Source: a virus
Virus record (IMG/VR): IMGVR_UViG_3300045988_131721
Location: 64,001 to 128,000 of that record
Length of the DNA stretch: 64,000 nucleotides
Reading direction: 5' to 3' (one strand)
This document shows positions 17,219-23,149 of this stretch, one piece after another. The position numbers were made by a program, and so were the translations under genes. Every line of letters starts with the position of its first letter. Positions within the stretch are counted from its first letter, which is position 1. The notes beneath the pieces are model-generated. The model saw only the letters and a program-made list of their open reading frames with translations. It did not search any database and was not told the origin of the DNA.

Positions 17219-17959
17219 ATGAGTAAATTTAAGATTGGTGATAAAGTGAGAATAAGAGAAGATTTAAATGAATATAATTTCCATGATATAATACCAGAAA
17301 TGTTAAAATATGCAGGGAAGGAATTTGAAATAATAGATATACGTTATAATGCTATCTTTGGCGAATGTTATGTGTTAAACGATGTTAATTATTTTTGGTA
17401 TGGAGATGCGTTAGAATTAGTAAATGAATCAGAAATTAAAATATTAGGTGTTGATTATACAACAAGCACATTAAAAATAGAAGAAAGTGTCTCACAAAAA
17501 GTAAGGGGATTTGAAATTGTGTCTAATGAATTTAGAAAACATCCAAATGTAGATATAAGAATACCTACACGTGCCACTAGTGAATCAGCAGGATATGATA
17601 TATCTACTCCAATAGATATTAAAATACCACCTCATGGTATATCCGAAGCAATACAAACAGATATCAAAGCATATATGTTATATAATGAATATTTGGAAAT
17701 AGTACCTAGAAGTAGCATTGGATTTAAAAAAGGATTAATGTTAGTAAATACATGTGGAATTATAGATAGTGATTATTATGGTAATCCAGATAATGATGGG
17801 AATATAGGGTTTAAATTTAAAAATTTAACAGATAAAACAGTAGAAATAAAAGCAGGAGAAAGAATTTTGCAAGGGATATTCAAGAAATATTTATTAGCAG
17901 ATGAAGATAATTGTAATATAATTAGAAAGAGTGGGATTGGTTCGTCGGGTACTAAATAA
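17219..17959 (+). CDS. dut: dUTPase (trimeric type) with an extra ~95-aa N-terminal GDKVRI-type module
   Basis: dUTPase motifs AGYD, PRSS, GIIDSDYYG, GERILQ and RKSGIGSSG. The N-terminus MSKFKIGDKVRIREDL...ALELV is paralogous to the N-terminus of 14823. Confidence 0.85.
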   Translation: MSKFKIGDKVRIREDLNEYNFHDIIPEMLKYAGKEFEIIDIRYNAIFGECYVLNDVNYFWYGDALELVNESEIKILGVDYTTSTLKIEESVSQKVRGFEIVSNEFRKHPNVDIRIPTRATSESAGYDISTPIDIKIPPHGISEAIQTDIKAYMLYNEYLEIVPRSSIGFKKGLMLVNTCGIIDSDYYGNPDNDGNIGFKFKNLTDKTVEIKAGERILQGIFKKYLLADEDNCNIIRKSGIGSSGTK

Positions 17960-17985
17960 AAATAATTAATAAATTTTATAACGGA

Positions 17986-18016
17986 TAGGTAATTTCTTTA
18001 TGCTATCCGTTAATAT
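17986..18016 (+). promoter_or_regulatory. bipartite promoter-like element, copy 7 of 7
   Basis: TAGGTAAT 17986-17993, N14, CGTTAATAT 18008-18016. This copy is additionally embedded in an 8-bp inverted repeat, ACGGATAG 17981-17988 / CTATCCGT 18003-18010. Confidence 0.5.
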
Positions 18017-18041
18017 ATAAGTATAGAAAGGACGTGATAAA

Positions 18042-18218
18042 ATGAATAGATATGAAATATTACACACATTAACATTAGAACAATTAGCAGAAGTATTAGG
18101 TAAATATAAATTATGTAATATATGTAAATACCAATCAGATAATAAATGTCTAAGTATTTCACATAAAGAAAGTAATTGTTATGAAGGCATAGAACTATTT
18201 TTAAGAGAGGAGTTTTAA
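18042..18218 (+). CDS. hypothetical small Cys-rich protein (58 aa)
   Basis: MNRYEILHTLTLEQLAEVLGKYKLCNICKYQSDNKCLSISHKESNCYEGIELFLREEF. Below the track cut-off. It fills the gap and is co-oriented with its neighbours. The 109-aa minus-strand ORF here is a shadow ORF. Confidence 0.5.
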   Translation: MNRYEILHTLTLEQLAEVLGKYKLCNICKYQSDNKCLSISHKESNCYEGIELFLREEF

Positions 18219-18220
18219 AT

Positions 18221-18424
18221 ATGAGAAACATAATAGATGTTTTAAAACCTATATTGGTCGGTGCTATTCCATTAGGATTTACTGTAGGACTTATTTTATT
18301 TGCTTTATATAATGAATATGGTTGGATTTTATTAAGCATTATTTTATTTTTAACAGTAAGTTTTATAATAGGTAAAACAATTATAGATGATTGGAATAAA
18401 TTTTATAAAAAGGAGGCTAAATAA
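18221..18424 (+). CDS. small membrane protein
   Basis: 67 aa with two hydrophobic stretches and a GAGGAG SD. Confidence 0.6.
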   Translation: MRNIIDVLKPILVGAIPLGFTVGLILFALYNEYGWILLSIILFLTVSFIIGKTIIDDWNKFYKKEAK

Positions 18425-18425
18425 T

Positions 18426-18662
18426 ATGTTTAGTATAGGAGATAAAGTTAAATTAATAATAACAGAGGAAGAATTAAATGAAATTTTAAAAACCAATAAA
18501 GAATTAAAAGAAAGTATTTTAAAATGTTATAATCAACGAGTTGGCACAATAGTTGATAAATTCTTACCAAGCGAACTCATACCAGAAACTTATTATTGTT
18601 TAGATGTAAGTCCAGACGTTGCTTGGAAAGAAAGCGAATTAAAGTTAGTGAATGGAGAGTAA
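18426..18662 (+). CDS. hypothetical protein (stand-alone GDKV-type module)
   Basis: The ATG at 18426 (MFSIGDKVKLI...W.ESELKLV) follows AAGGAGG. It resembles the N-terminal module of 14823 and 17219. Confidence 0.6.
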   Translation: MFSIGDKVKLIITEEELNEILKTNKELKESILKCYNQRVGTIVDKFLPSELIPETYYCLDVSPDVAWKESELKLVNGE

Positions 18663-18666
18663 TCTT

Positions 18667-18822
18667 ATGAATCTTTTAATTAATTTTATATTATTAATTA
18701 TACTTAGTTATGTTTTAGAAGAATCTTTTAAGTTATTAAAACCGTATAGACATATAATAATTAGCATTGTGATACTATCAGTTGTGTTAATTATGTTTAA
18801 TTCGTTTGATTTATTATTCTAG
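18667..18822 (+). CDS. small membrane protein (51 aa)
   Basis: MNLLINFILLIILSYVLEESFKLLKPYRHIIISIVILSVVLIMFNSFDLLF. Below the track cut-off, with two hydrophobic segments. Confidence 0.4.
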   Translation: MNLLINFILLIILSYVLEESFKLLKPYRHIIISIVILSVVLIMFNSFDLLF

Positions 18823-18834
18823 GGAGGATATATT

Positions 18835-19185
18835 ATGAAAATGAACAAAAAAGAATTACAACAGTTTGATGCTTATGTAGAAGAATTAGGAAGAGGACTT
18901 AAAAATACAATATTATGGGAATCTACGGATGAATACTTGAGATTACAATGTGAATATAAGTATGACAGTTTTCTTGTTAATTATATTGAAAGGTATATGG
19001 GGATACAATACGAAGATGTCAAAGACGATATGAGATTGAAATCAAGATTTGATAAAATTTTATTTCCAGTATTAAAAGATATGAGAGAAGAGTTAAAGAT
19101 TGAACACGAAGAAAGAATAAAAGAAGAAAGAAAAAGAGCAAGAGAAAAAGAAATGAAAAAAGGACATAAAAGAAAGATAAAATGA
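18835..19185 (+). CDS. hypothetical protein with a K/E-rich C-terminus
   Basis: 116-aa ORF with an AGGGAGG SD. Confidence 0.65.
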   Translation: MKMNKKELQQFDAYVEELGRGLKNTILWESTDEYLRLQCEYKYDSFLVNYIERYMGIQYEDVKDDMRLKSRFDKILFPVLKDMREELKIEHEERIKEERKRAREKEMKKGHKRKIK

Positions 19186-19204
19186 TTGATAAGGGGTGAA
19201 CAAT

Positions 19205-19984
19205 ATGGGAAGAAATAAAATTAATAGAACAGGAGAGAAGAATGTTAATAATTTTGGAAGTGAAATGGTAATTATTAAATATAATAATGCACATGATATA
19301 GATGTTTATTTTCCAAAATATAATTATACAGCTAGAAATAGAGAATATGGAAGTTTTAAAAAGGGGAATGTCAAATGCCCATATGATAGAACTGTGTTTG
19401 GAATAGGTTATGTTGGTGAAGGAAAATATAAAGTGAGTGAAAATTGTAAACTAACTAGAGCCTATAATACATGGATGCATATGTTAGAAAGATGTTATGA
19501 TAAAAAACTACATGAAAAACGTCCCACTTATATTGGATGTACAGTATCAGAAGAATGGCATAACTTTCAAAATTTTGCTAAATGGTATTATAATAGCTAT
19601 TATGAGATAGAAAGTCAAAAAATGCATTTAGATAAAGATATTTTAATTAAAGGAAATAAAATTTATAGTCCAAAAACTTGTATATTTGTACCAGAAAGAA
19701 TAAATACTTTATTTACTAAACGACAAAATAAGAGGGGAGAATCGGTTATTGGAACAAGTCCTAAAAATGGCAAATATGTAGTGCAATGTCATTTAATCAA
19801 TCCTAAAACAGGAGAATCTAAACAAGAACATTTAGGCTATTATAATACACAAGAGAAAGCTTTTGAAATATACAAATACTATAAAGAGAAAAACATTAAG
19901 GAAGTGGCAGATTATTATAAGGAACAGATACCTCAAATTCTTTATAACGCTTTATATAATTATGAAGTTGAAATATATGATTAG
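19205..19984 (+). CDS. homing-endonuclease-like / AP2-type DNA-binding protein, paralog 5 of 5
   Basis: MGRNKINRTGEKNVNNFGSEM.... The ATG at 19205 matches the other paralog N-termini. The track started at GTG 19196. Confidence 0.65.
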   Translation: MGRNKINRTGEKNVNNFGSEMVIIKYNNAHDIDVYFPKYNYTARNREYGSFKKGNVKCPYDRTVFGIGYVGEGKYKVSENCKLTRAYNTWMHMLERCYDKKLHEKRPTYIGCTVSEEWHNFQNFAKWYYNSYYEIESQKMHLDKDILIKGNKIYSPKTCIFVPERINTLFTKRQNKRGESVIGTSPKNGKYVVQCHLINPKTGESKQEHLGYYNTQEKAFEIYKYYKEKNIKEVADYYKEQIPQILYNALYNYEVEIYD

Positions 19985-19987
19985 TCC

Positions 19988-20042
19988 AAAAAATAAAAAA
20001 GTTGGGATAGATGTTAATTTAAAACACCTATCCCTTTATTTA
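19988..20042. terminator. bidirectional terminator between the convergent arms
   Basis: GGGATAG 20004-20010 / CTATCCC 20028-20034, with a long 17-nt loop. Flanked by an A-rich run on the left and TTTATTTA on the right. Confidence 0.5.
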
Positions 20043-20135
20043 TGTCTGTTTTTACAGGTATAAACTATCAATGAAGAAATTTAAACGCCTTAGAATCGAT
20101 TTTACAGCGTCATTATTTCTGCAATACTCGGAAAT

Positions 20136-20966
20136 TTATATAATTTCTAAATATTTTTTATTGACAAACCCATAATCTGTATTTGTATAAACAGATACCC
20201 ATCCATTCAATGAATATCCTATAGTTACAATTTCACCTTTCTTTAATACAAATTTAACTTTACCTAAATTACCATTTTTATCTGGTCGTGTATCTCTAAC
20301 ATTTAAAGTTGTACAATTAATTACTCTTGCTTGAACATTATAAGCCTTCTTGTCTTCTATTGTCTTATCAACAACTTTTTCTTCTCCAATTACACTGTTA
20401 CCTTTTCCATTGGTACAATTTCTTATGTTTGATTCTTTTAATTTTCCTATCATATAGTTATAACAATCTAATTTAAATTGTTCCCATTGAGATTTATGAT
20501 TTACAAAGTATCTTGGACAAATTTTACCTGTAACATCGTAATGTCTTATAAAATCTTTTCTAGGGTCTAACCCGTATAATTTAGCTAACCAAGCACCTGT
20601 TTTAATCATTGAAACATATTCTTTGTCAGTGTAATGGTCGTCTGAACCTGTTGTTGCACATTCTACTCCTACACTATAAGCATTTGCACTATTTGTTGTA
20701 TAAGCTATTTCGTTAAATGGAATTATATGATATATTTCTCCTTCAAGTCCCATAACTAAATGAGAACTAGCGTATATATATCTACCATTTACTCTATATC
20801 CATTAGCTACAACGTTAGAAAAATAACTTACTGTATTTTTAGCAGAAACATCATGTTGTCCTGTAAAATGCCATGCTATTTTAGTTGTTCTTCTTCTTTT
20901 AGTTCCAGGTCTCCCATATTTATTGATTTTCATAAATTTTTCTATCATTTCTGGTTTTTGTACCAT
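20136..20966 (-). CDS. endolysin: N-acetylmuramoyl-L-alanine amidase (Amidase_2/PGRP type) + C-terminal SH3-like wall-binding domain
   Basis: IAWHFTG...SSHLV...VGVECA...IRHYDVTGKICPRYF is typical of Amidase_2. The C-terminus LNVRD...G.VK..LKKGE.V......NGWV.V is SH3-like. The ATG at 20966 follows AAAGGAG; the track began at TTG 20975. Confidence 0.85.
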   Translation of the reverse strand: MVQKPEMIEKFMKINKYGRPGTKRRRTTKIAWHFTGQHDVSAKNTVSYFSNVVANGYRVNGRYIYASSHLVMGLEGEIYHIIPFNEIAYTTNSANAYSVGVECATTGSDDHYTDKEYVSMIKTGAWLAKLYGLDPRKDFIRHYDVTGKICPRYFVNHKSQWEQFKLDCYNYMIGKLKESNIRNCTNGKGNSVIGEEKVVDKTIEDKKAYNVQARVINCTTLNVRDTRPDKNGNLGKVKFVLKKGEIVTIGYSLNGWVSVYTNTDYGFVNKKYLEII

Positions 20967-20980
20967 ATTAATCAACTCCT

Positions 20981-21020
20981 TTATAAAATAAAAAGAGAGC
21001 AGATAAAATCCACTCTCTTT
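20981..21020 (-). terminator. weak terminator-like hairpin between the holin and endolysin genes
   Basis: Minus sense: AAAGAGAG, 13-nt loop, CTCTCTTT, followed by TTATTTTAT. Confidence 0.35.
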
Positions 21021-21148
21021 TGGCTTTGGTTTATATTTAAATTATAAGAAATTTATAAATTAATCTTACTTATAATTTAAATAGTAGTATTATAAAATAA
21101 TTAATAAAGTTTTTGGAATATAATTTTGACAAAATTTATCCTTACTTT

Positions 21149-21177
21149 ATTATAACACTTCACATCTTATTTTACAA
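21149..21177 (-). promoter_or_regulatory. sigma-A-type promoter (TTGTAA-17-TGnTATAAT) downstream of the holin gene
   Basis: Minus sense: TTGTAA at 21177-21172, a 17-nt spacer, TGT then TATAAT at 21154-21149. Confidence 0.55.
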
Positions 21178-21180
21178 TAA

Positions 21181-21447
21181 TTATTTTTCGTCTTTATTAA
21201 TTAAATTTCTATAAGCTTCATACAATCCTGTACTTGCTAATCCTGTAATTAAACCACTTAAAATTACATTAAAATCATAACTTTGAGCATTAACTATTGC
21301 AACAAGCATACCTACAATTCCCATAATTAAAGGTATATATCTATTTGGTATTTTAGGTATTGAAGTTTTAATTATATATCCAATCACCAAACAAAATAAC
21401 ATCACACCACCATTTATTAAACTCATGTATAAATCTAAATCAATCAT
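21181..21447 (-). CDS. holin
   Basis: 88 aa with three hydrophobic segments and a charged C-terminus. Its ATGA overlaps the upstream gene, and it sits next to the endolysin. Confidence 0.7.
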   Translation of the reverse strand: MIDLDLYMSLINGGVMLFCLVIGYIIKTSIPKIPNRYIPLIMGIVGMLVAIVNAQSYDFNVILSGLITGLASTGLYEAYRNLINKDEK

Positions 21448-21737
21448 TATTCATTTCCTCCTTTTTCATGTTGTTTCATATCTCTAATATCCATTTTTAA
21501 ATCACTCATATCATGTTTTAAGTCATCAATTTTTACATTTGTATCTCTTACTTCATTACTTATTTCTTTTATCGTTAATGAGAACTCATTTACAGTTTTA
21601 TGAAATTCTTCTACTGAAGTTTTATATAAGTCTCTATTTTGATTATCCTCATTTAAAACTTGTTGTATTAAAATCCATACCAATATTACAAAAACTCCCA
21701 TTGCACCATAATTACTCAACACCTCCAATAAATCCAT
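21447..21737 (-). CDS. BhlA/UviB-family holin-like protein
   Basis: One N-terminal TM segment (GAMGVFVILVWILIQQVL) followed by a charged coiled-coil tail, as in BhlA/UviB. The ATG at 21737 follows AAGGTGGTG. Confidence 0.6.
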   Translation of the reverse strand: MDLLEVLSNYGAMGVFVILVWILIQQVLNEDNQNRDLYKTSVEEFHKTVNEFSLTIKEISNEVRDTNVKIDDLKHDMSDLKMDIRDMKQHEKGGNE

Positions 21738-21777
21738 TATTAGCACCACCTTTCTTTATTAATTATTTATTATGGGT

Positions 21778-21795
21778 ATACAACTTTAAGTGTGG
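21778..21795. repeat. inverted repeat, left arm (ATACAACTTTAAGTGTGG)
   Basis: 17 of 18 nt complementary to 22397-22414. The arms flank ORF 22004-22360 plus about 210 bp of non-coding DNA. Confidence 0.8.
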
Positions 21796-22003
21796 AAAGT
21801 CTAGAAACATTAGTTGCATGTCCCAAATCTGTCTAGCATTTAAATCCTCTTTGTTCCTCAGTAGCAAGAATCTATCTTTTTCAAAAACCCGTATTTTTTA
21901 TTAAATTTCTTCTGTGTCCTTTTCTTTTTACTTCTTCTTTTGGGAATATTTGTTTCACTTTCAAATGGATAATCCACTATTTTTACTTGCATTCCATTAA
22001 AAA

Positions 22004-22360
22004 TCAAGTTCTTTCTCCTTCCTCATAAAATTCATTCAACACTTTATTTATAGTAGCTACATTGGGTCTACATGAATCATATTTTTCAGTTCCATCACTA
22101 TACATTCTAAATATTTCTATTGTTTCCTCATCAATTAGTTCAAACTCTAAATAATCGCCATTATCTTTTTCATATTCAAATCGAATACTCTCGCATACAG
22201 TTGGAAATATTTCAGGTTGATATTTTAATCCATAAATTAAATTTCTCATTATATCAATTAAATCTTTACTAATAGGTTCTGCTCCATATAAGTCCCAATT
22301 ATATTTTAATTTTGAAATTAATTTAAGTTTTTCTAAATTAGTCGAATATTTTGCACACAA
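22004..22360 (-). CDS. hypothetical protein (moron-like, between the fibre and lysis modules)
   Basis: 118 aa. TTG start 8 nt after GGGGTG. It has its own extended -10 promoter. No motif recognised. Confidence 0.6.
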   Translation of the reverse strand: MCAKYSTNLEKLKLISKLKYNWDLYGAEPISKDLIDIMRNLIYGLKYQPEIFPTVCESIRFEYEKDNGDYLEFELIDEETIEIFRMYSDGTEKYDSCRPNVATINKVLNEFYEEGERT

Positions 22361-22390
22361 ACTTTACACCCCCTGTAATATTTTTACCTC

Positions 22391-22420
22391 ATTATACCAC
22401 ACTTAAAGTTATATTTTCCA
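22391..22420 (-). promoter_or_regulatory. extended -10 promoter (TGGAAA-18-TGgTATAAT)
   Basis: Minus sense: TGGTATAAT at 22399-22391 and a weak -35 TGGAAA at 22420-22415. Confidence 0.55.
22397..22414. repeat. inverted repeat, right arm (CCACACTTAAAGTTATAT)
   Basis: Reverse complement of 21778-21795 with one mismatch. It overlaps the promoter spacer. Confidence 0.8.
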
Positions 22421-22443
22421 CAGTTATAGTTTCATACCCTTTA

Positions 22444-23139
22444 TTATAAGGCTATAGTTATTTCAATATATGGTCGAGTACTACCCGTACCACTAAAATA
22501 TCCATAATCTGTAACTGCGAATCCAGTTGGTGCTAATAGTCTAAAACCATCAATAGTACCATTTTGGATAGATTGTATTGCTGTACTATTTAATGTTAAT
22601 GTTAAAGTTCCTCCTTTATTAAAATGAGTACTACTACAATATTGAGTAGAATTAACATTATTCATTGAAAAGCTTGTAGGTCTATAAGTATTCATATTAG
22701 TTGCTCCACTTATTATAGTGTCTAATCCTGCATAATAATACGAATGTAAATTAGTTAATTTTAATTTTACGCTTGTTATTGTTCCTAGCTGTCTAGCTTG
22801 TTCAAATAAACTTTTAAAACATATTATTCCTAAATAATTAAAATTAGGATAATAACCTTGATATATTCTATCTCTTCTATCGTCATTGAAATTATCTGTA
22901 AATGTTCCAGTTGTACTAGAGCCACGATAACTTCCACTCCAATCAGCATAACCTTTTACAATATATGGTGAAGATGGAGTTGAACCTCCACCTCCAGAAG
23001 AGCCATTGCCTAAATCTATTCTTTCCATACCATTAGAAGTTTTTTTATAAACAGGACAAATTTCCATACCATTAGAAGTTTTTCTATAGATAAGTATGTT
23101 ATTTAATGAACCATTTTTATTGATGTATATACCACTCAT
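22444..23139 (-). CDS. hypothetical tail-fibre-associated protein
   Basis: 231 aa. Internal duplication YRKTSNGMEICPVYKKTSNGMERI and a Gly/Ser linker. The call rests on position only. Confidence 0.5.
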   Translation of the reverse strand: MSGIYINKNGSLNNILIYRKTSNGMEICPVYKKTSNGMERIDLGNGSSGGGGSTPSSPYIVKGYADWSGSYRGSSTTGTFTDNFNDDRRDRIYQGYYPNFNYLGIICFKSLFEQARQLGTITSVKLKLTNLHSYYYAGLDTIISGATNMNTYRPTSFSMNNVNSTQYCSSTHFNKGGTLTLTLNSTAIQSIQNGTIDGFRLLAPTGFAVTDYGYFSGTGSTRPYIEITIAL

Positions 23140-23149
23140 AAAATCCCTC

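Noticed and set aside
19863-20063. Plus-strand ORF (66 aa) overlapping the end of paralog 5 and the terminator.
   Set aside because: It lies out of frame inside a well-supported gene and runs through the bidirectional terminator. It has no SD.
21858-21992. A 44-aa Lys/Arg-rich ORF (MQVKIVDYPFESETNIPKRRSKKKRTQKKFNKKYGFLKKIDSCY) on the minus strand, in the non-coding part of the inverted-repeat-flanked segment.
   Set aside because: It has no Shine-Dalgarno sequence, and the A-rich DNA trivially encodes Lys. I kept it only as a note under the 21778-22420 finding.
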